A stretch of DNA of 64,000 bases from Felis catus (taxonomy: Eukaryota). The notes below the pieces were generated by a model, which saw only the letters and a list, made by a program, of their open reading frames with translations, was not told the DNA's origin and made no database searches. Position 1 is the stretch's first letter; the number at the start of each line of letters is the position of its first letter. The stretch lies in the NCBI RefSeq assembly GCF_018350175.1, contig NC_058378.1:71114001-71178000 (forward strand). The letters are read 5' to 3'. The position numbers and the translations under genes are program-made. This document shows positions 33,507-47,157 of the stretch, piece after piece.

Positions 33507-35904
33507 CTGTGGTATGAACAAACAAAATAAACATACTCAGATATGATACACTGAGAACAACTTGGAATTAACCCTCTGGGTAGAAGGAGGGGATTCCAGA
33601 AGAAGAAGAAAACCGTCTGGTTGGACTTTAAGTCAGCTGGGAGGGAGAACGTGCAATGCCATGGCTCCCGACAGCCACCACGTCCGCTGGTCTGCTCCCA
33701 GAGAAGGGCTGTGGGCGCGTTGCTGAACCCCGCGGAGCCTCAGCTTTCTCCTCTGCAAAATGAGGCTCAAATCCGCCCTGGCCCCAACACACACACAAAA
33801 TGGCCTTGTGTACGTGATATGGAATGCATACAAACATCCAGATCGTGTCAGGCCGCTGTGGCTTCTAAATAGCATCTACTTTCGAAAACGACAAGGGCTG
33901 ATCAAGTACACACGGGGGAAGGTGACCTGGGTTCTAAGTCCTGAACTTTCACCATAATAAGTCCGACCACTCGGATGGATATCGGGTGGCTCCTGTGTCC
34001 AAGCTGCAAGGGAGGCGTCCGGATGTCCCGGAGTCAGTCCTGACAAAGACTTCACCAGGTGGTGGATGCTCAGGGCTCCCGCTCACGTGTACGGTGAGTC
34101 ATGTCCTCAAAGTTCTGTGGGGACCCGGAGGGCGTGAGGAGCGTTTGCCACCACCGGGAGGACACGAGCTTTGAGTGGAGTCTCAAAGATGACCCTGAGC
34201 TTCTTATGTGGCATGAGCACGACTGGGGAGGAATAACGAATATACCCAAACGTGCAGAAACGTGGAGTGTGCAATTCTGTACTCCTCCATTATTCTGTAC
34301 TGTAAATGGTTTGGGAAAGCCCTTGTGCTGGGCACTTGGGGAGCTTCGAATGAAAGCAGTAGAAAGGGGTGGGGGGAGACGGAAGGAGGGCGGCCAACGG
34401 AAAGACCCCACACGGCCCTGGGAGATGGGCCTCTGGACCTCGGAGGACTCCCTGTCCTGCCGGCAGGAGAAGGGGGAGATCTAGAAACCCCTGCCTCTGA
34501 AACGAGCTCATGAAAACGAGGGACTTAGCACAGAGAAGGCTCCCCAAGTCTTGGCCCAGGAGATGGTGGGAGAGCGGTCAGCCTGGGCCGGGGTCCCCAC
34601 GGTACGGGACTCGGCATGGGCTGCGAGAGCGTCCGCCCCCCGCCTCCTCCAGGGCAGAGCAATGATCCTGCGGCTGCTTCACCAAAAGCAGCATTCCAGA
34701 GCCAGGTCCGGTGTGGCCTGGCACCTCATATGGACTCTGGAGTGAATGTAACTTGGTTGCAGTCAGGGCTTTAGGACTCTGTAGATTCAACTGACGGGAT
34801 GTGATGGCCTCTCCCTCACCTTCCCTCCCGACAAACGAGAATAAACCCAGGGTTGTCTTGAGACAAAACGTGACGGTGTTTCCACAATGCCTGGCCCGTA
34901 TCAAACATGAGGAGGCTGTCACCATCATTGTCTCAGGGCCATCCACGCCCTGGGGGGGGGGGCTGCAGGAAGCCGGGTCCCCGAATCACCGTCCGACAAG
35001 CTGAGGCAGGTCTACACGCAGAGGGTGGGCGAGGCCAGGCCAGAGTGTGGGTCCAACTCTGAATCCTTCTAAATTCACCTGGCCTCGCATCAAGAGAGCG
35101 GATACAAGCTCCAGACGTAGGCCTCGAGCAGCTTCCAGCACCCGCACAGGTGCAAGAGGCAGAAAGGTACAGAGCATGAAAAGAACAGGACGTGCTCTTT
35201 TCCGAAGCAGATCGGCTGCTGCCCTGGGCCCGCAGATGCGGCTGTGAGTGGCACCGGGTCAGGCTCCTTCCCGAGGGCAGGCCAGGCACGCTGCACACGG
35301 TAGCTGCCAGCGGATGACCTTTCGGGTCTGCTGCCACAGCCTGGTGAGTCGTCTCTGCTCGTCTCGGCCATTCCCGGCCCCTTGGTCAGTTTGAGAAAGG
35401 GCTGCCCGAGACCCAGCCGTGGTCCTCGAGAGCCAGCTTCCTGGGGTCCCAGGGGAGAGCGTCGCCTCCCCTGAGAAGCAGCAAGGTCCCTGCAGATGGG
35501 TCCTGGAGCTCACGTTCCTAAGCTGGCCTGGCCCCCGGCTCCAGCCTCCAAGAAGCCCCATCCCCATCAGGTGGTGCTGGGACCCTTCGCTCAGGGAGGG
35601 GGTGGGTCCCATTTAGAGAGAAGCTCCAAGCATCCAAGGTCGAGCTGCAGCCCAGACTCGTGCAATCAGAACAGGACAATGGGGGGGAGGGGGGGAGGGG
35701 GGGAGGGGGGAGGGGGGAGGGGGACGAACCTTTCTTCAGAAGCCCCTCAGGGCTCATTCTCACCACGTGGGTCCTACTGTCCTATCTGGGGGCGGAGTAC
35801 TAGGGAGTGTCTTCTGAGAGTCTCCCAAGCCTCTCCCTGTAAAATCCCCTGTAAATGGATCTATGGGGAGAGGCAGGAGAGGGAGGTGGTAGAAATCCAA
35901 CCTC

Positions 35905-36065
35905 CAGGGCTAGGGTTTGAAACCTGACATGGCGCACCCCAGCTGTGTGTCCCTGGGCAACTTACTTGACCTTTCTGTGCCTCAGTTCCTCCACTGCAAA
36001 ATGGGGAGAGCAGAAGTACCTGTCACATGGGGGCCACTGTAAGGATTAAACTGTGCCCAGCACTA
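35905..36065. mobile_element. MIR remnant
   Basis: agctgtgtgtccctgggcaacttacttgacctttctgtgcctcagttcctccactgcaaaatggg. Confidence 0.7.
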
Positions 36066-36595
36066 TTATCCAGTACATATGCATTTTTACCAACCTAAAA
36101 AATACAAACGTATCAGTGAAGAGAGAAAAGTTGTCAGCATACACGTTCGACAGAGGAAGAACGGCCGTATCCTAAGGAGACAGAGGAGACGTCTGGGGTT
36201 GCCCAGGCTTATGCCCAAGCTCAGCCCTCATTAAAGAAGATGGTCCCTGCCCTCAAGGCTGCTGGGGCAAAACATAAGCCCTTGAGTCAAGTTACAGGTT
36301 AAAATGGTTTGCACAAAAATGCAGAAGAGAGTCACATAATGACACAAGTATAATGACCCGTTTTCTGAAGTCAGAGGAGCAAGGGAGGCTGATTTCTCAG
36401 GGAAAGAATAGAGAATGAGAATAAAAGGATAAAGATAAGGGACCGTTCAAGTTCATCATCATCATCATTGTGACGGTGCAGGTTTTAGACACTAAACGCA
36501 GGTGCAGAAGAGAGATGACTTCACAACCTTCAGAAGGCTCTGAGAATTCACAGGAAGGGACAGGAAAGAAAGCCACGTGGCTCAGCCGGATTTGC

Positions 36596-36818
36596 CAGAG
36601 GTCTACAAACTTCTCTGTAAAAGGCCAATAATACATTCCTAACGGATCGGCAGGTCATTTGAGGGTCGCTGATCTCAGCTGTTCAACTCCGCCGTTGCAG
36701 AGCGAAAGCATCCATAGATAATATATAACTGAGAAGCGTGGCTATGTTCCAATAAAACTTTATTTACAGTAGCAGGTGCCTGTGGATTTGGCCCGGGGGC
36801 TAGAGTCTGCCAGTCCTG
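36596..36818. mobile_element. MER58A-like hAT-Charlie DNA transposon
   Basis: Degenerate TIRs cagaggtctacaaac / gtctgccagtcctg; internal ggctatgttccaataaaactttatttaca. Confidence 0.75.
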
Positions 36819-38519
36819 ATTTAGAGTAGACATAAGAGCTGAACGTGGGCAGTGGCCCAGATGAGCTGAGGCATCGGTCTCTGTGCTGATGAGCAACCTG
36901 CCCCAGCGGGCACTGTGGAACATTCCCGGGACAGGACTAGCAGATCCGGCCAGCCCCGGCTCCCCAGACCGACCGTGGCAACGTCCTTGTGTGGAGTAAG
37001 CTGCTTCTCCCATAGAGAAACCCACTTAAGACCAGCGCCAACGCATGCTCAGGCCTCAAAGGGTGGCTGGGGCAGGGATGGCTGTGCTGGCCGGGAGCAT
37101 CAACGAGGCCAGCACACGTTTCTCCTACGGTGACCGCAGCACCTGGCTGGGCGCACAGCAGCGGGAAGTGCCACGGCTGCCTGAGTCACTGGTCGCACCC
37201 ACGAGGTGGCCCCGGACCCCTGGCTGCCTTTTCCCTTGCTATCCACGGGCTCTGCGGGGGTGGAGGGGGGACCCAGGCCACCAGAGAGGGAATCAGGGCA
37301 TCCTGAGCCTGCGACAGAGGCCACGCTCCCGGCCCAGCCACAGGCACCGAGGACCACAGGCAGACGTCCCGCCTCTGTCTCAGCCATCGGCCAGCCTGCG
37401 GGACTTGCCGCAGCTGTTGGGACGAGTGCGGCCTGACTAGTTTCTCCCAACAACCTGGTCCCAGACCCTGCGTCTCCCGGCCCACCGCCGTGTCTGCAAG
37501 GCACAGATTTCCAGAACAAGGCAGCACCACCCAGTACTTGCCTGTGAGGCTCTGACTGCTGACAGCCTCTCCCACCCGGTGCTGGGCCACAGACTGCTGC
37601 CCCAAGAATGGCAGAGCCCAAGGCCCTGGCCAGGGTCGGGTGCTGAATTCCGGAGAGGAAAGTTCCAGCGCCAAGCAGCCACCTCCCCTCTCCCCACCCG
37701 GCGAGCAGTGCCTGGAGCACCCCAGGAAACCACCGCATCTCCCACTGGTTAGACTGGCGGCAGCCGGTCAGGAGCAGAGGCCCCCCCTTCTCCCGAGCAC
37801 TGTGGAGGAAAGGGAGGAGAGCCCGCAGCTGGAAGGACCAGAGACTACAGCCTCACTCTGCTGGAAAGACGAGCTTAAGTCAGGCGGGCCTGCAGAGTGG
37901 CCTGGAAACCAAGAACCCGCATTCAGGTCTTGGCCCCGCTACCTCCCAGAGGTGGGCCCTTGGCCGGTTACTTTAACTGAGCCTCTGTTTCTTCATAGGA
38001 AAACAGTGACCAAAAATACGCATCTGTAGATGGATGGCGGGGAGGCCCCAGTTTGTGTCCATCAGGGCGCCAACGGCCCAGGTGTGGCAGTCACCCGCTT
38101 CGCAGCATAGTGGGGACAGCAGGGACTCAGGCTCAGGCCATCAAGTCTCACTCAGCCTGAGATGAAGAGTCCCCACCAGTTGGTGACGGGGGGGCGGGGG
38201 CAGGGGGGGTGCTTCACGTACAGGGAGACTGACCCAGGTGTTCCGGACATCCTCAGGAAGGCACGAACGGAGAGGGCCAGGCTGGGGTCCGGACGCCCTT
38301 AGAGGTGACCTGGGCCCACAGATCTGTCCCTGGATAGCACCCTGGGAGCTCAGTGACCATGGGAGTCACACAGCTTCCTGCTGGCACTGAACCCAGGACC
38401 CCACTGTCCCCCAAACCCTTCCCACTTCTTGACCCCAGGACCCTGCTATGCATAGAAATCCTTCCCGTTTCTCACCTCACACCTCTCTAGAAAGCCTCCC
38501 TAACCAGGCCCTAGACAGG

Positions 38520-39365
38520 GAAGAACTTGGGTTCAAATTCTGGCTCCACCATTTCTGTGTGTGGGACGTTCAGACGCTATTAACCTGCAAATTCTTGGTT
38601 TCCTCACCCGTACGATATGAACACCGCTACTTACCTCCCTGAACACCAACCCAGTGTGCCACGCATAGCCTTAACCCATCAAATAAGACAATCTCAGGAG
38701 ACAGAGATTCACATTCTTTTAAACACTGGGAAACAGAGGGCCAGAGACCTTAAACAACTTGCTCAAGACCAAAGAGCCAGTACCAGGTACAGCTGGGATC
38801 TGAACCCAGGTCTGTAGGATTCCATGATTCATTCCACTCATTCACGTGGCCTACTGCGTGCATATGCCGGGCAGGAAGCAATAAATGAGAGACACTGTCC
38901 CTGTCCTACGAAGCTTACGTCTGGTCGGGGAGGCAAATAGTACAAAGATCACTTCAGTGGTGGCAAGGGCCACGGAGGGGTAATTGGCCCTGGGGTAGAC
39001 GGTGACTGGGGTGGGGGGACAGAGTTGGGGTGCCTCACGCAGCAGGTCGGGGCAAGTCTGTCTGTGAATGTCTGGGAGATGAGAAGGCAGCCACTGGACA
39101 GCCAGGATCCAGACAGTACAAAGTCCCTGAGGCAGCACTGAGCCTGTGGTACAATCCAACGGCAGAAGGGAGGCCAGTGAACAGCAGGTGCAACGGGGCT
39201 GGAGATGCAGCTGGGCCAGGCTGTGTAGACCGTGTAGGCCGTGGGGCCGGGCTAAGGAACACGGATGTTTTTTGCCTAAGCTCAATGGAAGCGTCTGGCC
39301 GGTCTGAGGCAGGAAGTGCAAGGCGATATGATTTACATTTCCAAAAGTTTGCTGTGGCCTGAGCC
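38520..39365. mobile_element. Cluster of MIR and L2 remnants
   Basis: gggttcaaattctggctccacc (MIR); attcattcc...ctgtccctgtcc...agcttacgtctggtcgggg and gatttacattt (L2). Confidence 0.55.
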
Positions 39366-39697
39366 GGTGACCACAGCTCTACAGGGCCCCACTCACATGG
39401 TGCTGGGCAGAGCCCGGTGGAGCCTCAAGCACTTGGTGGCATCCAATAAAGGCAACCCCCTGCATCTCCCACTCCCTTTACCCTTAGCGTCCTGAGTACC
39501 GTGGCCCTGGGCAAATGATGCCACCCGCAGGCAGGCGTGCTTTTGTCCTGTCTCTCTCTCCCAGTGCGTCGCCCCATGTCCTGCACACAGTAGGCGCTCA
39601 GAAAACGCCAGATGTTTGGTGAACTGACCCCTGTGAGAGCAACTGGAAGTTCATGGGGCCCCAGTCATGAAATCAGGGGTGTTGGACAAACACTTAC

Positions 39698-39792
39698 GAT
39701 CTTGGGTGGCGGGAGGTCTGGAAGGCTCTTCTGAGGGGCCAGGGAGTGCTGGCCAGGCTCCCCGTTGGGCAGTGGGTTCTGCTCCTCAGGTG
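39698..39792 (-). CDS. AFAP1L2: AFAP1L2 exon, proline-rich SH3 ligand (APEEQNPLPNGEPGQHSLAPQKSLPDLPPPKI)
   Basis: cccacag acceptor, ATC|gtaagt donor, 95 nt; not in the ORF track. Confidence 0.93.
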
Positions 39793-40798
39793 CTGTGGGC
39801 GGCAAGCAGGGGGGGGCTTCAGTGAGGGGTGCCCAGTGTCATAGCAGGTGCGTTATACGGGAATGTCTGGTCACATGCGCCATGAGATCTATTTGAGCAG
39901 GTGCTAATTACCCACGAGGAGGTCCCAGCAGCCAATGTTGTTGTTTTCCTTCAAGAATAGGGTGCAGTGGTGTCCCAGCCATGGGCAGACTCCTCAGAAG
40001 GAACTGGTTTGGGGCTTCTGGAAGCCTCCACACCCTCTCTACTACCTGCCCTGTGCCAAAAATGGCCTAGCCACAGAGATTTAGCGAGTCGAGAAGCTGC
40101 CCTGTGGTCATTATACGGAGCAGCTCTCAGCACCAACCCTGTGATTATGGCTCTTTCCACCCCAGTTTCCCCAGAAGGCAAATGACCCTGGGCACTGTGG
40201 CAGCCTGCGTGTGGATAATTTCTGCTGAGCCCCAGGCTCAGCGGTGAAAACACGAGGCAGGAAAGCCACAGTGGAGAACTTGGCCACCAACTGTGTGTGC
40301 TTTTAAGGATAAGGATCCCAAGGCCCTTCTGAGCCTGGCCATTTCAGCCAGGGGCCCAGCCAAGTCCAGGGCAGGCAGGCTCAGGCAGATCTGACCTCGG
40401 GGCTTTGGTGGCTGGCACCTTGAAGCCAAATCTTTAACCGGACTGAATGCTTTGGAGCACTGCGTCCGACCTCTTGCTAAGCCTCTGCATTTCAGTCACA
40501 GGCTTGGGAGTTGGGGGATGGGGCTTTTAATCTCCTCTCCTCTGCAACGAGGCAGCTCTACAAACCTCTGGACCTCCCTAGGGTCCTGCCAGACCCACTC
40601 CTCAAGGTTTTCAGAGCAAAGGAGAGAGCAGAAGAGTAAGATACCATGGAAGACCTACTATGGCCTTCCAACATAAGATATAAAGTTCTGCTAAGAGAGC
40701 ACCTTTGAGCAAAACTTTTGAATATTAAGGCAGCTGCAGACATCAGCATTTCCATCCTCTACCATCCCCCCCCCCTCCCCACATCAAGTCCAGACTGC

Positions 40799-40997
40799 GG
40801 GGCACCTGGGTGGTTGAGTGGGTTAAGCGACCAACTCTTGGTTTCGGCTCAAGTCATGATCTCACGACTCATGAGTTCGAGCCCCGCATCGGGCTCCATG
40901 CTGACGGCGCCTGCCTGTGATTCTCTGTCTCCCTCTCTGCCCCTCCCCCCACTCACTCTCTCTGTCTCTCTCAAAAAGGAATAAACAAACATTAAAA
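40799..40997 (+). mobile_element. Can-SINE
   Basis: SINEC head, B box gagttcgagccc, CT tract, A tail. Confidence 0.9.
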
Positions 40998-41364
40998 CCC
41001 ATCCGGACTTCTATCAAAGATATAAAGCTGGGGTGTGGAATCAGCACCAAGGCTGCTTTCCTAGAGCATCGGACTGTGACTTCCTGTTTCTTGGGATGCT
41101 GTTGGGGAAAGGGTGAGAGACTTCAGGGGCCAGATTCCTTGTCCACGAATGGGACATGGGACCTTTAAGATTCAAGGAGGTGGCCTGATGAAATATCCCA
41201 AAATACCATCAACCCAAAATACCATCAACTAAAATGTGACTGCCAGAAATAACTCCACTGGGCTGTCTGGTGCTGGCTGGGAGGAAGGAGGGGTGGGACG
41301 GGACCACGGCTTGCGCGCCCCCCTCCCGGAAGCTGGCCGCACCACCAGTGGGCTTAGCCTGTAC

Positions 41365-41439
41365 CTTTGTCTTGGGACTCCGCATTCTGTGGCCTGTTGA
41401 CGGTCACTTTGTTCATATAAATGTACTCCTCATCGGAAC
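41365..41439 (-). CDS. AFAP1L2: AFAP1L2 exon (SSDEEYIYMNKVTVNRPQNAESQDK), with the YxxM PI3K-p85 motif at 41414-41425
   Basis: ctgcag acceptor, AAG|gtac donor, 75 nt. Confidence 0.94.
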
Positions 41440-42854
41440 CTGCAGCAGGAGGGTAGAAGACAAAGGTTTCATGTGACTCCACGATGGGAAATGGCTTCTG
41501 GAGAGAAAAAGCGTCCCCCGAGAGACACTGTCATTAGCCTGGGTTCCAGGAAAAGCATACAACATTCCGAGTTGATTTGAAGAGTCCATTACAGAGTTGA
41601 CAGGTTTCCAAAAACAGAAAGGCCAAGTTGCTGACTGTTAGGTTTTCAGCCTGGGGGTGGGGTGGTGGGGGTGGGGGAGGGAAAAGATGGGTCCAGAAAG
41701 ATAGCTTCAGGAATAAAAGTCTGAAGTGCAAAGATCTGCCCCGTATTTCACCAAGCAGATTTCTCTGGGTTTCCTAGCATTTCATTTAAACTAAAAAATA
41801 CTTCATATCCATCATTCTCACTCTAGTCTGGGTAACTCGTATGGGCTCATCAGAGTGATGTCTTTGTAAGACAGGGCACATTGAGGATCTGAACATTTAG
41901 CTCGCAGGCCTCTAGGTGGGGTGCCAATGTGGGGCCCTGAGACCCCCAAATCGCGAGCTCTGGGTTTGGAGGGGTGGGTGTGCTGGGAATTGAAAGTGGA
42001 GCCCCGCCAGGCACCTGCTCTACCCTGTAGATTGTACCCTGCAGCAGCTCGGCCCTTCCCTCTTTTAAAATCACTTCTGTGTAGGCGACCTTCCCAGTGC
42101 CTATCTGGACAGAGAAATGTCAGTCTCCTGACACCTGCTTAGTTTCTTGTGCCCCGAAGACCCTTTCTTCAGAAGACTGCACAGGAAGCTCATTCTAGTG
42201 CTTCTCCTCTTAGAATTCCACCTGCATTTCTCTTTTGCCCCTTAATTTGCATTTCCTAGAAACCCGTGGCTCCGGTAGTTGGAGACGGCGTTACCCAGCC
42301 AAGGGACCCAATTCAAACCCCTGGCGAAGGAGGCAGTTCAGTGTCAGATCCACCCAGCCTCCAGCCAAGAGGCCTGTGAAAACCCAGAGGAACGTGGGGA
42401 GGATACAGCCAGCGGGGTCTTTTGCCATCAGCCTGCCGGGTCGCCATCCTGGTGCCCAGCCCTGCCAGGACCCGTCAGCAACATCACCCCCCACCACGGC
42501 AGGTTATGGGAGGGCACTATGAGATCTAAAAGTAGTCAGCCACAACCAGTATACTTCCACTGACTGCGACCCAGAGGGGCCGGGTCAGGACCTTTTCCAG
42601 AGAAAAGCACCCAAGGAGAGTGTTCTGCAGGGGCAGGCGGCAAAGCTGTGCCGTGAATGGTGTCATTCTGAGCAACGCAGCTAACGCGTGTGCGTTGGTT
42701 TTCTTGTCCGCTTGGGATACTATGGAAAACGACTGTGATAAATATCACTTGTTTTTACCTAACTCTGAACACTTCCAAGAGTATAAAACTCTAATATTAG
42801 GGAACTTGAAAAAGTGAGCCCTATAACTAACAAAGATTACACATGACAAGCCTA

Positions 42855-43041
42855 GGGGCACCCGGGTGGCTTGGTTGGTTAAGAATCCGACTTCGGCTCA
42901 GGTCATGATCTCGCAGTTCGTGGGTTCGAGCCCCGTGTCGGGCTCTGTGCTGACAGCATAGAGCCTGCTTGGAATTCTCTCTGCCCCTCTCCCACTCACT
43001 CTCTCTCTCTCTCAAAATGGATCAATAAACTTAAAAAAAAA
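42855..43041 (+). mobile_element. Can-SINE
   Basis: SINEC consensus-like. Confidence 0.9.
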
Positions 43042-43132
43042 ATCAAAATAAATGAATTACTAGAGAGTGTGTAAATTGGCACAGCCGTTTTGGAAGCGAT
43101 TTTAGAGGATAATTTAAAGTGTTTGTATTCTT

Positions 43133-43311
43133 GGGGCACTTGGGTGGCTCTGTCGGTTAAGCATCCAACTCTTGGTTTCAGCTCAGGTCGTGATCTCACA
43201 GTTCATAAGTTTGAGCCCCGAGTTGGGCTCTGTACTGAACAGTGCAGAGCTTGCTTGGGATTCTCTCTTTCCCTCCTCTCTCTCTCTCAAAATAAATAAA
43301 CTTAAAAAAAA
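43133..43311 (+). mobile_element. Can-SINE within an old L1 remnant (about 43060-43760)
   Basis: SINEC consensus-like; flanks gtgtaaattggcacagccgttttggaa are L1-like. Confidence 0.88.
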
Positions 43312-46300
43312 TAGTGTTCACTGCAATATTGTAGAAGTTTTTGGTTTTTTTTTAAAGTACGAAACTTAAATGTCACTAATGGGAGGCTGGTTGAACATCA
43401 CTGTTCATCTATCAGTGGACACCTACCCAACTGTGAAAAATGACAAAGCAGCTCTATGTCTGCTATTTACAAAGATATCCAAGACTTACAGTTAAAGGAT
43501 CATGTTTCAGAATAGCAAAAAGAGAAAAAGTATGTGAACTGTCAGCACATGGAAATGTGCACAGGCAACGATTCTAAGTATAAAAATAACGTAAAGCAGA
43601 ATACAGAGGCAAACCACAACTACATAAAAATATTCAGATGACTCTGATAACGATCAAAATAGGAATCGAAAGAATGTAAATAGCCTAATGTTCATTTTAT
43701 GTTCATTCCTTTTTTCTTACTGTTGACTAAGCCCACACTCCTGTAAAAAAAAAAAAAAAAAAAAAAAAGGCAAGATATTGCTGTCATTGTTTTAACTGTT
43801 AGATTCTGGGCAGGTGCTTTCTCCGCAAGATCGTGACTTGTGCACTGCAGAGAAAACTCACACTGGCCTCTTCCTGAGGCCGCGTCTCCTCCCCTGGGCA
43901 CTCTGCTGCGAGCCATGTTGGCTATGGTTTGATGTTCCAGAGTTGCCAATCCAGAACCATCCAGGTAGGTAAGTAAGAGGCTCCCAGGACTGTCTGCAAT
44001 CCTAGGAAATGCCCAGTGAACTTGGCCCTGGAACTGGGAGACTGCTGAGCTGTCCCATGTCTGGGAGGCAGTAGCCTTGGGTTGGAGAACTTCCTATCAT
44101 TCCCTCATTCATTTGCAGAAGTGCGCTGAGCACCCGCACCGTGCTAAGTGCTGGGGACACAGCACAGAATGAAATAGAAGACACTGTCTCTCTCTTTATG
44201 AGCCCAACAATGGAGAAGGGAATAGATCCTAATGGGATAGTCAACACAAGCATGTGGGAAATGACATCAGCATAGGTAGGGCTGGAAAGGACAGCTGACC
44301 GTGCTCTGAGGAAGTGTGTAACTTGTGGGAAATGACCCCTGTGGCAGGGGGTAGTCTCTCCCAGAGAACTGGGTGGGGGTAGAGGGGAAGCACACGGACC
44401 CTCTTTGCTACCGTTGGACACACAGAACATTGGCAGCTCTTCCTATCAGAGGAGCAGCCCCCGAACTCTCCCAGAGTCTCCGAGGAGGGCACTGAGGGAC
44501 CCATGACACTCTCAGGTGAAGGCAGGAATGAACAGCAGGCTCCTGATATACAAACTTCATTCCCTGCCGTGACCTCACCATCCAGATAAAAGGCAAAGAG
44601 AGTAGAAAATTCTTGTTACAGTCACACAGTAAAAGATCAGAAAACCCAAATGGACAACTTGAAAAGTGTAAACACTCTCTCTCTCTCTCTCTCACACTCC
44701 ATCCAAAATGTGTGGGAGTAAACAACAGCTCAGCCAGTGTAGACCACAGACTATCTCAAAATGATCAGCCTGCCTCCACCTACAAGTCTCATCAAGCTGA
44801 GCTCATTTTCTGGAACATACACAGCAAGACATGCCTGGGAGGCTGAGAAGGGAGACAAATGCTCTGATTTCAGGGGGCTTTGGATTCTGTCCTGCGTAGC
44901 GCAATTACTGTGGTGCAGATGAATCTGGAACGTGGGACAAGGAGGGGAGTAGAGCGGTTTGGTCCCTCTGCCCGGTCCCAAGCCCTGGCTCGGCCACTCA
45001 CAGCCCTGTGCCTTGAAGACGTGACTCTCCGAGCCTCGGTTCCCTTGTTGAGAAGACGAGGACAACAACTCTCTCCCTGACCCGGGATGGGGACTGGGTG
45101 GCACAATCCATGTCATTTCATACATTAAGCACCGTGGTGGGGCAGAGTACGTGCACGGCAGACGTCAGCGGCTGTTATAATCACTCTGCTAGCCGAGGGA
45201 GCGCACAGACGACCAGAATGGATCTCAGCCTCGAGAGCAGGAGTGGAGAGTGGCGGCCGCAGGTCCCGGTAAGGCCGTGCGCACGCTTCCGGTGGTCTGA
45301 GCGGTGCTCTGTGGGCAATTCACACTGGGCGCCTCCTGACCGGTCTCAGCAGCCCCGGCGGCCCTGCGAGCTGCAGAGACCAAGGGTAGGGGGAAGGTCT
45401 GACTCGATCAGAGCAGAGCACACAAACACCTGGGGTGAAACAAAGGTCAACCTAGAGGAAGCTACACAGCACATTAAGCCACAAAGGGAACCCACCCAAG
45501 GGGCCCTGATAGAACGATGAGAACCAAGAACCACTTGGTTCTTGGGACCAAGAAGAGGACCAGGATGATGGTGAGAGCCCGTCACAGAGGCGTCTTCCCA
45601 TTCCCAACGGAGGTATTGTCTATCATTAGACACGCTCAGGTCAGAGCACATCTCGACAGTCTGGGCAGTGTGCTTCTTCAAGGTTTGCATCGGCTCCTGC
45701 CGTGGGGTGACTCATCTCTAACTCCCCGGCTTTGTAATGCGGATTTCCCACCCACCACCTTTGATGTGCCGCTCGCCAGCACTCACGCAGGCCAGCCGAC
45801 ACTAGCCACGGAGCCAGGAGGGGCCTGGGAACCAAGGGTGGCCTGGAGAGTGGCAAAGGCCACACATGGGGCTCCGGGAAAACACCTTTCCTGGAAGGCT
45901 AAGAGAGCTGGGGCATGCCGGCAAAAGAGAAGGCTGCCGGGCCTACGGCCACATGCCTCAGTTTTATGACTTCTCTCCCATTCAGAGCATAAAAGCCGGT
46001 TTCCACAGGGAACAAAGAAAAGGAAAAGCGACCCTGAAACGTAACCTGGCGGATCCAGGTTGGACATACGGGAGGACTTCCTGACGGTGATGGCTGTAGA
46101 GGGTGCGCTTCCCTTCTCGGGCGGGTGGGGTGTGGATTTGGGCTGCTTCCTGCCCCGAGGCAGATGGTCCCTTACTGTCCCAAAATATCACTCCCAATTC
46201 TCAAACATCCGATATAGAAATAGACTCAACTAAGCTGTTAGGACTTCACAAGAAGGCGTTTCCTGTTAAAAAAGATAATCTGAATGTACTAGAAATGAAA

Positions 46301-46319
46301 CCACCATGACCATTCTTGT

Positions 46320-46797
46320 GCAAGAATGTTAGAGCAGCCTTACTATTTGCAATAGCCCAGGACCAACAACACAAAAGTCCAGCAACAAGTGAATGGACAA
46401 GAAGACCGTGGTACATTCACAGACTGGAGCACTACTGAGTAATGGAAGCAACAAACTACGGACGCAGCTCATAGCACGGACGAATCCCCTGAGCACAAGA
46501 GGCCAAACAGAGTACACACCCTACGATTCCATTTATATGAAGCTCTAGGATGGGCAATGCTAATCTGTGGTGGGAGAAATCAGAACAATGGTTGCCTTGG
46601 GGTGGGGGTTCAGGAATTCACCGAAAGGGGGCAAGAAAGAACTTTCTGGAAGGATAGAAATGTCCGATGACTTACTGTGGGTGGCAGGTACACAGGTGTA
46701 TATGATTGCCAAAATTCACTGAATTGAAGGCTTAGCTGAGATCTATGTATTTGATTATGTATAAAATGTACCTCAGTAAAAAAGAAAAAAAAAAAAC
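46320..46797 (+). mobile_element. L1MC/ME-type 3' end with A tail
   Basis: gaatggacaa...gtggtacattcac...gattccatttatatgaa...tacctcagtaaaaaa. Confidence 0.75.
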
Positions 46798-47157
46798 AAC
46801 TATGTACTCAAGGTCAAGGTTCTGTGATCTATAGCCTTAAAACTATGTTTTCCTCTGGGCCATATGATGCAGGGAAGGGATTTAACCTCTCTAAGCCTCA
46901 GTTTCCTCACCTGTAATAACAGCACCCATCTCAGAGGAGTGTCTTAAAGATGAAACAAGTGGATGTGTGTGCAGGTGGGTAATGTTCAACGAAGCGTTGG
47001 CTATTATTATTATCACAGTTTATTATCCCTTCTCTACTTTGAATGAGTAAGGAAAAGTGCTTTGAAAACACTTTGTTTAAAACCTCACGCAGGGCCGCTG
47101 TGCTGGGTGTCCGGAGATTTCTGGGCTCTCTTTCACGTCACATCACTCCTGTGCTAT

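Noticed and set aside
41199-41235. 16-bp tandem duplication caaaataccatcaac (and taacacatca x2 near 21560)
   Set aside because: Ordinary slippage duplications with no sign of function
31681-45715. Scattered AP-1 heptamers (TGAGTCA/TGACTCA)
   Set aside because: Dispersed and compatible with chance; enhancers cannot be called without chromatin data
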